From Alphaproteobacteria bacterium (GTDB lineage Bacteria > Pseudomonadota > Alphaproteobacteria > Bin95), in the NCBI GenBank assembly GCA_963665325.3, contig CAXXWS020000002.1, positions 256,001 to 320,000 on the forward strand: a stretch of DNA of 64,000 bases. The letters run 5' to 3'. The notes beneath the pieces are model-generated. The model was not told the DNA's origin and did not search any database. It saw nothing but the letters and a program-made list of their open reading frames with translations. The position numbers and the translations under genes were made by a program. Within the stretch, counting starts at the first letter, position 1; each line of letters starts with the position of its first letter. Below are positions 42,928 to 52,483 of the stretch, in pieces.

Positions 42928-44012
42928 CTGAGCTTCAGCGTCGCGAGCCCGGCCAGCGCCAGAACGACGGCGATGATCCAGAAGCGGATGACGATGGTCG
43001 GCTCCTTCCACCCCTTCTGCTCGAAGTGGTGGTGCAGCGGCGCCATGCGGAAAACACGCTTGCCGGTCAGCTTGAAAGAGGCCACCTGCACGATCACCGA
43101 GACCGCTTCGAGCACGAACAGCCCGCCGACGATGGCGAGCACCAGTTCGTGCTTGGTGATGACTGCGACCGAGCCGAGCGTGCCGCCGCAGGCGAGCGAG
43201 CCCGTGTCGCCCATAAACACCATGGCCGGCGGCGCGTTGTACCAGAGGAACCCGAGGGATGCGCCCACCAGCGCGCCCAGAAGCACCGACAGCTCGCCGG
43301 CACCGGGCACCGGATGGATCTGCAGGTATTCCGCAAACACGGTGTGGCCGGCGAGATAGGCGATGAAGCCGAAGCAACTGGCGGCGATCATCACCGGCAC
43401 GATCGCGAGCCCGTCGAGCCCGTCGGTGAGATTGACCGCGTTCGACGCCCCGGTCATCACCAGCACGGCGAAGGGCACGGCTAGCCAGCCGAGGTCGATC
43501 ACGAGGTCCTTGACCACCGGGATGGCGAGCCCGTACCCGAGCGGCGCACCCACGATTTCGGCCGCTGCAATGGCCGCAACCGCGCTCACCACGACCTGGA
43601 TTCCGAGCTTCGCCTTGCCGGGCATGCCGCGGCTGTTGCTGCGCGCCAGCTTCAGGTAGTCGTCCGCGAAGCCGACGAGGCCGAAACAGAGCGTCACCGC
43701 AAGCACGATCCACACATAGGGATTGGTGAGGTCGGCCCAAAGCAGCGTGCTGGCGACGAGCGCAGTCAGGATCAGCGTCCCGCCCATGGTCGGCGTGCCG
43801 CGCTTGGTTTCCAGATGTGATTTCGGGCCGTCCTCGCGGATCGGCTGGCCGTTGGCCTGCCGGGAGCGCAGCCAGGCGATCATGCCGGGGGCGAGCAGGA
43901 AGCTCAGCGCCAGGGCGGTGAGCGTCGCTGCGCCGGAACGGAAGGTGATGTAGCGGAACAGGTTGAAGAGCTGGAAGTCTTCGGCCAGCGGTGCAAGGAG
44001 GTTGTAAAGCAT
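42924..44012 (-). CDS. mraY: Phospho-N-acetylmuramoyl-pentapeptide transferase
   Basis: [41 protein letters not shown]. Confidence 0.99.
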   Translation of the reverse strand: MLYNLLAPLAEDFQLFNLFRYITFRSGAATLTALALSFLLAPGMIAWLRSRQANGQPIREDGPKSHLETKRGTPTMGGTLILTALVASTLLWADLTNPYVWIVLAVTLCFGLVGFADDYLKLARSNSRGMPGKAKLGIQVVVSAVAAIAAAEIVGAPLGYGLAIPVVKDLVIDLGWLAVPFAVLVMTGASNAVNLTDGLDGLAIVPVMIAASCFGFIAYLAGHTVFAEYLQIHPVPGAGELSVLLGALVGASLGFLWYNAPPAMVFMGDTGSLACGGTLGSVAVITKHELVLAIVGGLFVLEAVSVIVQVASFKLTGKRVFRMAPLHHHFEQKGWKEPTIVIRFWIIAVVLALAGLATLKLR

Positions 44013-44018
44013 GGGCGC

Positions 44019-45386
44019 TCAACCTCCTGCACCTGCGCGCCGCTCCAGCGCTTCGATAACGGGCTTCATGCCTATGCCCAGCGAGCCCTTGACCAGCACG
44101 ACGTCGCCGGGCGCCACCGCTTCGGCGACCAGGGGGGCGAGCGCGGCCGCGTCCAGGCGGTGCGCGCTGCGCCGGCCGGGCGGCAGGCGGTCGAAGAGCC
44201 GGTGCATATGGGGTCCGACGGCGAAAACCAGATCGACGGACGCGTCTTCTAACGGTCCTGCGAGTTCCTCATGGGCGCGGCCCGCGTCCTCGCCCAGCTC
44301 GAGCATGTCGCCTAGAACGGCGATCCGCCGCCCGCCAGGGCCGGGTTCGACGAGGCCGAGCACACCGAGGGCGGCGTTCATGGCGGCGGGGCTCGCATTG
44401 TAGCTTTCGTCGATCAGCGTCCAGCCGCCCAGGACCCGCCGCTTGCCGCGGCCGGCGGGCGGATGGAACACTGCCAGGACCTCGGGATCGGGGGCGACGC
44501 CGAAGGCATCCAGCACCAGCAGCGCGCCGAGCGCATTGAGCGCCCAATGCTCGCCGGGAGCTCCCAGCCGGAAGTCGAACCGCTTGCCGCGAATCTCCGC
44601 CGCAATATCGCTGCCGGAGGCATCGAGGTCGGCATGGAGCAAGACCGCGTCGCCCGCCCGGCGGGAGAACCGCAGGATATCGGCGCCGGCCCGCTCAGCC
44701 GCGGCTTCGAGGCGCTCGATATAGGGGGTGTCGGCATTGAGCACGGCAGTGCCGCCGTGCTCCAGGCCCTCGAAAATCTCGGCTTTGGCGTCGGCGACTT
44801 CGGCAAGGCCGCCGAAAAAGGCCGTATGCGCCGGAGCGATGGCGGTCACCAGCGCTACATGGGGGCGAACCAGGCGGGAGAGGGGCGCGATCTCGCCAGC
44901 ATGGTTCATGCCGAGTTCGAAGACGGCGAAGTCCGCCTCGCGCGGCAGGCGGGCGAGGGAAAGCGGGGCGCCCCACTCATTGTTGAGATTGCCGCGGCTG
45001 GCTTCCGTTCGTCCGGCGCGGGACAACAGGTTGGCAAGCAACTCCTTGCAGCCCGTCTTGCCGACGCTACCGGTGACGCCGGCGATGCGCGCATTCGAGC
45101 GCGCGCGCGCGGCGCGAGCGAGCGCATACAGGCCCACGCGCGTGTCCGGAACATGGAGCGACGGTACATCGGCGCCGCAATCGCGGCTGACCATTGCCGC
45201 GACCGCTCCGCCGGCGAGCGCCCGGTTCACGAAGCAGTGCCCGTCATGGTTCGGCCCTGCCACGGCGACGAACAGATCCCCGGCCGCAATTGTGCGGCTG
45301 TCGATGGCGACGCCGGACGCCTCCCAACCTCCGCGCGGCGCACCTCCGGTGGCGGCGGCAGCTTCGCTTGCGGTCCAGAGCGTCAT
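44019..45386 (-). CDS. murF: UDP-N-acetylmuramoyl-tripeptide--D-alanyl-D-alanine ligase
   Basis: IDSR, DGH.F, TGSVGKT, ELGMNHAGEI, DESYNASP, GDMLELG, VKGS. Confidence 0.97.
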   Translation of the reverse strand: MTLWTASEAAAATGGAPRGGWEASGVAIDSRTIAAGDLFVAVAGPNHDGHCFVNRALAGGAVAAMVSRDCGADVPSLHVPDTRVGLYALARAARARSNARIAGVTGSVGKTGCKELLANLLSRAGRTEASRGNLNNEWGAPLSLARLPREADFAVFELGMNHAGEIAPLSRLVRPHVALVTAIAPAHTAFFGGLAEVADAKAEIFEGLEHGGTAVLNADTPYIERLEAAAERAGADILRFSRRAGDAVLLHADLDASGSDIAAEIRGKRFDFRLGAPGEHWALNALGALLVLDAFGVAPDPEVLAVFHPPAGRGKRRVLGGWTLIDESYNASPAAMNAALGVLGLVEPGPGGRRIAVLGDMLELGEDAGRAHEELAGPLEDASVDLVFAVGPHMHRLFDRLPPGRRSAHRLDAAALAPLVAEAVAPGDVVLVKGSLGIGMKPVIEALERRAGAGG

Positions 45387-46825
45387 GCCTCCCACCCCGC
45401 CAATTCGCGGGCGATGGCCCTGTCGTCGAAGGGGCGCACTTCCGCGCCGACGGTCTGGCTCGTTTCATGCCCCTTTCCGGCGATCAACAGCGCGTCCTCG
45501 GGGCCCAGCCCGTCTATACCCGCCGCTATCGCAGCTTCGCGGTCGCCTATTTCCGACGCGCCCGGGCAACCGGCAAGAATCGCGGCCCGGATCGCTGCCG
45601 GGTCCTCCGTGCGCGGGTTGTCGTCGGTGACGATCACCCGGTCGGCCAGTCGGTCCGCCACGGTGCCCATTTCCCGCCGCTTGCCCGCGTCGCGGTCGCC
45701 GCCGGCGCCGAATGCCAGAACCAGCCGTCCATGCACGGAGGGCCGGAGAGCGTCCAATACAGCGGCGAGCGCGCCCGGCTTGTGGGCGTAATCGACATAG
45801 ATCGGAGCGCCCGAAGGCGCGTGCGCCGCCAGTTCGAGCCGGCCGCGGACGCCGCGGAGCCCCTCCAGACAGGGGACCGCGGAATTGGGATCGTCGCGAT
45901 CGCCGGCCGCCGCGCCCAGGGCTGCGAGCGCATTCTCGGCCTGGAATGCGCCGATGAAGGGCATCCGGACCCGATGGCGCCGTCCGAGAAACCGGAACGC
46001 CACCACCTGTCCTTCTCCGGCGGGCTCTATGCTCTCGATCTCGATCTCCAGCCGGGGCCCGTTTCGCCCGATGCGCCACACCTCGTGACCGGCGGCGCGG
46101 GCCGCTTCTCCGGCTGCCCTGCCTGCGGGATCGTCCGCATTGACGACGGCGAGCCCGCCCGGCGCCATGACCCTGCGGAACAGGCCGAGCTTGGCGTCGA
46201 GATAGCTCTCGAGGTCGGGGTGGTAATCGAGATGGTCGCGCGAGAGGTTGGTGAACACGCCTGTCGAGACCTTCACGCCGTCGAGGCGGTACTGGTCCAG
46301 CCCGTGGCTGGACGCCTCCAGCGCGACATGGTCGATGCCGTTTTCGGCCAAACGGGCCAGCTCGCGGTGCAGCTCCACGGGATCCGGCGTTGTCAGCGCG
46401 CCGGCCCGGCAGCGACCGGGGGCGACGATCCCAAGCGTGCCGAGGCTGGCCGCCGACAGTCCGAGAAGGCGCCACAATTGCCGGATGAAATCCACCACCG
46501 AGGTCTTGCCGCTGGTGCCGGTAACGGCGGCTACTCCGGCCGGCTGGGCGCCGAACACCCTGGCCGCCAATTTGGCGAACAACCTGCGCGGCGCGTCGTC
46601 GAGAATGACCGGGACGCCGGCCGGCAGCGAGTCCGTCGCCGTTCCAGCAGGCGCGAGTATCGCCCTGGCACCCCTTGCAAGCGCGTCCTGGATGAAGGCG
46701 CGTCCGTCCGCCCGCGCGCCCGGTACCGCCATGAACAGATATCCCGGCCGGACTTCGCGGGAATCGGCCGTCAGGCCGCAGATGCCGAGCGCATCGAGAT
46801 CGATCCGGCATCCGGCGGTGGGCAT
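45383..46825 (-). CDS. murE: UDP-N-acetylmuramoyl-dipeptide--meso-DAP ligase
   Basis: TGTSGKTS, LTTPD, EASSHGLDQYR, DHLDYH, DYAH, DNPR (meso-DAP specificity), AGKGHE. Confidence 0.97.
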   Translation of the reverse strand: MPTAGCRIDLDALGICGLTADSREVRPGYLFMAVPGARADGRAFIQDALARGARAILAPAGTATDSLPAGVPVILDDAPRRLFAKLAARVFGAQPAGVAAVTGTSGKTSVVDFIRQLWRLLGLSAASLGTLGIVAPGRCRAGALTTPDPVELHRELARLAENGIDHVALEASSHGLDQYRLDGVKVSTGVFTNLSRDHLDYHPDLESYLDAKLGLFRRVMAPGGLAVVNADDPAGRAAGEAARAAGHEVWRIGRNGPRLEIEIESIEPAGEGQVVAFRFLGRRHRVRMPFIGAFQAENALAALGAAAGDRDDPNSAVPCLEGLRGVRGRLELAAHAPSGAPIYVDYAHKPGALAAVLDALRPSVHGRLVLAFGAGGDRDAGKRREMGTVADRLADRVIVTDDNPRTEDPAAIRAAILAGCPGASEIGDREAAIAAGIDGLGPEDALLIAGKGHETSQTVGAEVRPFDDRAIARELAGWEA

Positions 46826-48498
46826 TACGCCTCCTCGTCCTTGAAGAGCCGGGACAGGAGCCGTTCGGGAACGATCCGCCGCATCCATGCGTCCGAATCC
46901 GGGCCTGCCGCGGGGACGCCCAGTATCGATCCGATACGCGGGATCACGGCGCCGGCCACCGGGACGGCATTCCAGGCGGCGGTCGCAAAACCGTATGTCT
47001 CCTTGAGGGCCTTCGGCTCGTCGAGCATGACGAAGATGGCGTAGCGGGGGGCGTTTATGGGAAAGACGCCGACGAAGGAACTGAGCCGCTTGCTCCGGTC
47101 GTAGCGGCCGTTGACCACCTTTTCCGCCGTGCCGGTCTTGCCCCCGACCGGGTAGGCGATGTTGTCCGCCCGCGACCCGCTGCCCCGGAGCACGACCTGG
47201 CGCATCATCCAGCGTATCTTCTCCGAGGTTTCGGACGAAAAGACCCTCCGGGCCTTCGGCGGCACGACCCGCCTCAGGAGGGTGACCGGCACCGCCACCC
47301 CGTCATTCGCTAGCGTCCCGATGGCGGATGCGGTATGGAGGGGACTGACGGAAAGGCCGTGGCCGAAGCCGACCGTCATCGTGGTCAGGGGATGCCAGGT
47401 CCGCGGCACGATGGGGTGGCCGACCTCCGGCAATTCCAGTGGCGGGCGGCTCAGGAGGCCGAGCCCCTGGAGAACTTCCTTGAATATCTCCGGGCCGATC
47501 GCCTCCGCCATCCGCGCAGCGCCTATGTTGGACGAGTGGACGACGACCTCGGCGGCCGAAAGCACCCGCTTCTTGCCCCGGTAGTCGTCGATCCTGTGCC
47601 CGAACGCCTTGATAGGCGCGCTCGCGTCGAAACGGCTCGTCAGGCGGGCAACGCCCCGGTCGAGCGCAGTGGCGAGGGTAATGAGCTTGAATGTCGATCC
47701 CATCTCGGCAACCAGCAGCGAGGCGCGGTTGGCCTGCGCTTCATCTGTCTTTGCCTGCCGATTGGGGTCGAAATCGGGCAAAGAGACCATTGCCAGCACT
47801 TCGCCGGTGCGGGTGTCGAGCACCAGGCCGGCGCCCCCGATCGCGGAGAAGCGGTCTACCGCCCTCGACAGTTCCTCGCGAAGAACGTGCTGGACACGGA
47901 CATCGATCGAGAGCTGCACGCTCTGCGTCGGGTCGGAGAGAATGGCGTTGAACCGCTGCTCCGCGCCGGCATTGCCGACCGGGCCGGCATCGCTGGGCTT
48001 GGTGCGCCCGACGACATGCGCGGTCAGCTGTCCGTGGGGATAGATGCGCAGGTCCTCGGACTCCAGGCCGATTCCCGGCAGGCCGAGGTTGAGCACCGCT
48101 TTCTGGTCCTGGGGGGTCAGGCGGCGCGCCACGAAGACGAATTTCTGCTTCAGAGACAGCCGATGGCGCGCCTCTTCAAAGCTGAGCCAGGGCAGGGCGC
48201 CGGAAAGCCGCTCGGCGCCCCCCTGGACATCGTCGATTTGCGGCGGCCATGCGACGAGCGCGCGCGAGACGACGCTGGTGGCGAGCAGCTCGCCATTGCG
48301 GTCCACAATATCTCCGCGATCCACGGGATGTTGCGATACTGCCTTTTCGGCGGGTGGCGGACCGTCCTGGGCCACGGTGCCGAGATCGACGAGCTTGATC
48401 GTCAGGACGGCGAGGCTGACGAAGAATGCGAGCACGCCGAACGCCAGGCGGGTGCGGGCCAGCGCCAGGGCCGGCGATGCCGAACGATGCGGGTTCAT
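46825..48498 (-). CDS. ftsI: Divisome transpeptidase PBP3 (FtsI)
   Basis: RGDIVDRNG, RIYP.G, SxxK (STFK), SxN (SSN), KTG (GKTGTA). Confidence 0.96.
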   Translation of the reverse strand: MNPHRSASPALALARTRLAFGVLAFFVSLAVLTIKLVDLGTVAQDGPPPAEKAVSQHPVDRGDIVDRNGELLATSVVSRALVAWPPQIDDVQGGAERLSGALPWLSFEEARHRLSLKQKFVFVARRLTPQDQKAVLNLGLPGIGLESEDLRIYPHGQLTAHVVGRTKPSDAGPVGNAGAEQRFNAILSDPTQSVQLSIDVRVQHVLREELSRAVDRFSAIGGAGLVLDTRTGEVLAMVSLPDFDPNRQAKTDEAQANRASLLVAEMGSTFKLITLATALDRGVARLTSRFDASAPIKAFGHRIDDYRGKKRVLSAAEVVVHSSNIGAARMAEAIGPEIFKEVLQGLGLLSRPPLELPEVGHPIVPRTWHPLTTMTVGFGHGLSVSPLHTASAIGTLANDGVAVPVTLLRRVVPPKARRVFSSETSEKIRWMMRQVVLRGSGSRADNIAYPVGGKTGTAEKVVNGRYDRSKRLSSFVGVFPINAPRYAIFVMLDEPKALKETYGFATAAWNAVPVAGAVIPRIGSILGVPAAGPDSDAWMRRIVPERLLSRLFKDEEA

Positions 48499-48896
48499 TG
48501 CCGGCCTCCGGTCTCCAGGGCAAAGGACAGGCGGGACGGCTGCTCCGTCGGGAGTTCGGAGTTGGGATCGCCGTCCCGCCCGGCACGCGCCCCGGTTCGG
48601 GGCGGCTCGGGAGCGCTGGCCGGTCTAGCCGGGAGGAAACTTGACCGGTGAAGCTGATCCGCCTCGATGGGGACCAGTCCCAGGGCGCGTGCATTCTGGA
48701 ATTCGAGGGTTTGCGGTTGCGTGAGGAAGGCAAGCTCGCTGCGCAACACCTGGATGCGCTCGCGTTCGGCGAGGACCAGGCGGTTGAGTTCGGCAAGCCG
48801 GTCCTTGCGGTCGCGGACATGATCGCCGACCGCGAAGAGCCCGGCCGCCATTGCCGCCGCGCCGATGCACCAGAAGAATGTCGTCCGCGCGCTCAT
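48495..48896 (-). CDS. ftsL: Cell division protein FtsL
   Basis: TM then coiled coil ..RIQVLRSELAFLTQPQTL; position between rsmH and ftsI. Confidence 0.8.
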   Translation of the reverse strand: MSARTTFFWCIGAAAMAAGLFAVGDHVRDRKDRLAELNRLVLAERERIQVLRSELAFLTQPQTLEFQNARALGLVPIEADQLHRSSFLPARPASAPEPPRTGARAGRDGDPNSELPTEQPSRLSFALETGGRQ

Positions 48897-49819
48897 GCCG
48901 CGAGCCTCTCGGCGGCGCGCAGCCGGGCCGACCTCGCGCGGGGATTGGCGGCGACTTCGGCCGCGCCAGGGCGGGTTGCGCGGCGATGCAGCATCCGGAA
49001 GCAAGCGGGATGCGAAGGAGACGTCGGCGGCCGGTGCCGCGAACCGCCGGGAGCACCGTCGCTCCGCTCGCGCAGGAAGCGCTTGACGGCGCGGTCCTCC
49101 AGGGAATGGAATGAGACGACGGCGAGACGCCCGCCGGGCGCGAGGAGCCTTTCGGCGGCTTCCAGGCCGCGGTCCAGCTCGGCCAATTCGTCGTTAACGG
49201 CTATTCTCAGGGCCTGAAAAGTCCTTGTCGCCGGATGAATTCGACCGTCCGACGGCGCCGCGCGCGCCACGATCGCAGCAAGACGGTCCGTCGTGCGGAT
49301 CGGCGCCTCGTTGCGCGCCCAGGCGATCGCCCGGGCGACCCGGCGCGCGCGCGGCTCTTCGCCATAGCGGCGGATGATCTCGGCCAAGCGGTCCTCGTCG
49401 AGGTTGGCCACGAGGTCGGCCGCGCTCGGCCCCTCGCCGCTCATCCTCATGTCCAGCGGGCCGGGCGCGAAAGAAAAGCCTCTCGCCGGTTCGTCGAGCT
49501 GGCCGGAGGACACGCCGAGATCGAAGGCGATGCCGTCCGCCGGCGCGAAGGCTTCGTCGGCGGCGATCCCTTCCATTTCGGAAAACTGTGCGCGGCGGAA
49601 GCGGAAACTGTCTCCGCAGTTCCGGGCGAGCTCGGCCGCCGCGCCTTCGGCTGCCGGGTCGCAATCCAGTGCGAGCACCCGGCAGGGCGCCGACGCCAGC
49701 AATGCGCGCGTATAGCCCCCGCGGCCGAAGGTGGCGTCCACATAGCGACCGCCCGGGCGCGGGGCGATGGCCGCGACGACCTCCGAAGCCATGACCGGGA
49801 TGTGCCCGCCCGCAGTCAC
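48893..49819 (-). CDS. rsmH: 16S rRNA m4C1402 methyltransferase
   Basis: HIPV, DATFGRGGY, DLGVSS.QLD..RGFSF, PLDMRM, SFHSLEDR, NPRARSARLR; GTG start overlapping the mraZ stop. Confidence 0.97.
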   Translation of the reverse strand: MTAGGHIPVMASEVVAAIAPRPGGRYVDATFGRGGYTRALLASAPCRVLALDCDPAAEGAAAELARNCGDSFRFRRAQFSEMEGIAADEAFAPADGIAFDLGVSSGQLDEPARGFSFAPGPLDMRMSGEGPSAADLVANLDEDRLAEIIRRYGEEPRARRVARAIAWARNEAPIRTTDRLAAIVARAAPSDGRIHPATRTFQALRIAVNDELAELDRGLEAAERLLAPGGRLAVVSFHSLEDRAVKRFLRERSDGAPGGSRHRPPTSPSHPACFRMLHRRATRPGAAEVAANPRARSARLRAAERLAA

Positions 49820-50325
49820 GACGCCAGGTCCGACTGCAGGAACCCGCCGAAACGGATCAAGGCCTTCGTTCCCTCGTCCAGGTCCGAGGTTACGTCTCCG
49901 ACCCACTTGTCGTGGGCGGCAGGCTTCCAGATCTCGATAATGTCCACATTGCCGATGAAGCGGACTTCGTTCTCGATGCCGCAGGCCTGACGCAGATCCT
50001 GCGGAAGCAGCAGGCGGCCCTGGCCGTCGATTTGCGTGTCGCGCGAACTGCCGACGAAAAGGCTGACGATCTTGCCGGAGTCGATCCGCTTGCCGGTCGC
50101 GGTCCTGGCTTTCTTCAGTTTCTTATGGATTTGTTTAGCCCAATTCTGCAAGTATCTCTCTTCGCAGAAGAAGATGGCGGTGCGGTCGTCGAATACGGGC
50201 GCGGCCAGCAACCGCATCTCGGCATCCTGGGGAATCACACGCCGATGAGCAGCAGGCACAATGACCCGCCCCTTTCCATCCAGTTTGGCGTCGTATTGAC
50301 CCGAGACCCGCAACGGAGGTTCCAC
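49816..50325 (-). CDS. mraZ: Transcriptional regulator MraZ (divergent)
   Basis: Two SpoVT/AbrB repeats with DxxGR motifs (LDGKGRVIVP, IDGQGRLLLP), IEIW; first gene of the dcw cluster. Confidence 0.9.
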   Translation of the reverse strand: MEPPLRVSGQYDAKLDGKGRVIVPAAHRRVIPQDAEMRLLAAPVFDDRTAIFFCEERYLQNWAKQIHKKLKKARTATGKRIDSGKIVSLFVGSSRDTQIDGQGRLLLPQDLRQACGIENEVRFIGNVDIIEIWKPAAHDKWVGDVTSDLDEGTKALIRFGGFLQSDLAS

Positions 50326-50351
50326 CTTTCACGTTTTGGCTGAAGGGCGTC

Positions 50352-50400
50352 ACCCCTTTCAGCCACTTTGCCGCCACTTACAACCACTTTCTGCCACTTT
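50352..50400 (-). promoter_or_regulatory. MraZ operator direct repeats
   Basis: Plus-strand CCACTT at 50363, 50374, 50384, 50394 and CCCCTT at 50353 (period 10-11 nt), i.e. (A/T)AAGTGG repeats on the coding strand just upstream of mraZ. Confidence 0.8.
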
Positions 50401-51007
50401 ACGGTCGCTCGTCAAGACTTTCGCGAGAAAAAGTTTGGTGTTGCCAATCGGAAAACTCTTCGCGGCATTGGAACAAAGAGCGTATCGACTTAGCATGTCC
50501 ATGTTCGTCTTGTGGATCGCTTCAAGTTCGACTACTAAATCCAGTGTGAATCGCCCTTTCGGATCGAGCTCTGGAAGCATGGGAATGACATTGTGCCGGG
50601 TCCACAACGGTTGCGCTGTGGGCAGGGCGGGACATGCGGAAGGGCCAGTAAACTCACGACTTGGGGGAAACGGCTTTCGGCCTTCCCGCTCGATCGCCTG
50701 TGATGGAAGTCGCAAATTGTTCGGTATTTTTGAACTTTTTCCTGATAAGAGCCTGACTACAGAATAGCTGAGCTAGACTACTGGGTTCGAGGGAAGGGGC
50801 GTCCGCGGACCACTTCCCTCCCCCGGCACGGCGCCGGAACGACCCCTTCGACTCCGAAGACAACGACGAATTCGACGGCGACGACTTCGCCCCCGACCAT
50901 GACAGAACACTTCTCATGACACTTCGCGGGGTGCCGGCAGCCGCGCTGCTATGCCTCCGCCGGAACCTGGCAGCGGTTTCGTCGGTTCCGGTTACGGAAC
51001 AGCGACC

Positions 51008-52057
51008 TAGAGCGTGATGATTTCATACGGAAGCATATCCAGCGTTTTGTAGGTAGTTGGCGCATTCACGGGGTGAGAAGCGTTCGAGGAGGGTGCCGAT
51101 ACGCTGCCATGTGGTTTCGGTGGTTCGTTCGGCGGCGTCTCGCAACAGATGTTTGAGTTTGGCGAAGACCTGCTCGATCGGGTTCAGGTCGGGACTGTAT
51201 GGCGGCAGGAACAGCAAGTGGGCGCCGGCATTTCGGATGGCCTTTCTGACGGTTGCGTTTTTGTGGCTGGCAAGATTGTCCATAACGACCACATCGCTTG
51301 GGGCCAGCGTGGGGACGAGGAAGTGTTCGACATAGGTTTGGAAGGCCTTGGCGTTGACCGGTCCGTCGAGGACGCAAGGCGCGTCGATCCGGTCGACGCG
51401 CAGTGCGGCGATGAAGGTCATGGTACGCCAGTGGCCGTGCGGCGCGCGCCCGATCAGGCGTTTGCCCTTCGGCGCCCAGCCGCGCAGCGGAGCCATGTTG
51501 GTTTTGGCCCAGGTCTCGTCGATGAAGACCAGCCGGCGCGGATCAACCCGTTTCTGGTGGCGTTTCCAGCGCGTCCGTCGGCGCGCGACGTCCGGGCGGC
51601 ATTGCTCGCTGGCCAGCGCGGTTTTTTTTGAACGAGTAGCCCGCCCGATGCACCGCCGACCAGACCGTGCGGTAATCCACCCGGAGGCCGCGCGCGGCCA
51701 ACTCGCTCACCAGACCACGCAGGGTGAACGGGGTTTCGATCCGCTCCAGAAGCCAGTCCTCATACGCCCCGACGATCTTGCGCGGACGCCGCCCGCCGAT
51801 CTTCGCCGGCGCGCAACTGCCGGTCGCCCGCAGACGCTGCGACCACTTCACGATACTCGACGGCGCCACAGAGAGCGCCGACGCCACCTGACGGACGCTC
51901 TGTCCCTCGGCCAACCGGACCATCGCGCGTTCGCGCAAGTCCATCGAAATTGCACGGCTCATCGCCCAAGCCTCCACTGTCGGAAAAACAACAGTGAATC
52001 AGCTCAAGCCTGAAACCGGAATCCCCTTGCGATTCTCAATTAAATCATCCCGCTCTA
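51008..52057 (-). mobile_element. IS630 family insertion sequence
   Basis: Terminal inverted repeats TAGAGCGTGATGATTTCAT (51008) and ATTAAATCATCCCGCTCTA (ends 52057), 17/19 match; CTAG at both ends (TA duplication); encodes a DDE transposase. Confidence 0.95.
51023..51962 (-). CDS. IS630 transposase, split over two frames at an A8 run (51622-51629)
   Basis: ORF A HTH (MSRAISMDLRER..GYSFKK) joins ORF B (TALASEQ..RLVFIDET..VVMDNLASHK..LPPYSPDLNPIE) by a +1 shift. Confidence 0.9.
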
Positions 52058-52071
52058 GTCCGCAAGAGGAC

Positions 52072-52473
52072 GGTCCAGAAGGCCTGTAGGCCGGGTTCTG
52101 TACCGCCCGTTTCCGGGCGGCGACGGCCATTCGTCTGGGACGCCCGTCTCCGGACGCCTCGAGCGACCAACCCGAGCAGCGGGCGCGGAGGCCGCCGGCC
52201 GGAACGATGCGTCCCGGCCTGCCGCTCCTATTCGGTCTTGCTCCCGGTGGGGTTTACCTTGCCGGCCCCGTTGCCGGAGCCGCGGGGCGCTCTTACCGCC
52301 CCGTTTCACCCTTGCCGACCGGCGGGGCGCACCCTGCGGGCCGGCGGTTTGTTTTCTGTGGCACTTTCCCTGGGGTCGCCCCCGCCGGGCGTTACCCGGC
52401 ACCGTTCCTCCGTGGAGCCCGGACCTTCCTCACCGGGCGCGATGCCCGGCGCGGCCGTCCAGCCTTCTGGACC
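52072..52473 (-). ncRNA. rnpB: RNase P RNA, bacterial type A
   Basis: GAGGAAGGTCCGGGCTCC, GGAAAGTGCCACAGAAA, GGGTGAAACGG, GGTAAGAGC, GGTAAACCCC, CAGAACCCGGCCTAC; P1 formed by GGTCCAGAAGGC/GCCTTCTGGACC ends. Confidence 0.97.
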
Positions 52474-52483
52474 GAACCTGTAT

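Noticed and set aside
38128-44022. Apparent long N-terminal extensions/fusions of murC, murG, ftsW, murD in the ORF track
   Set aside because: Extensions are off-frame overlaps with the upstream gene; true starts lie at stop/start overlaps
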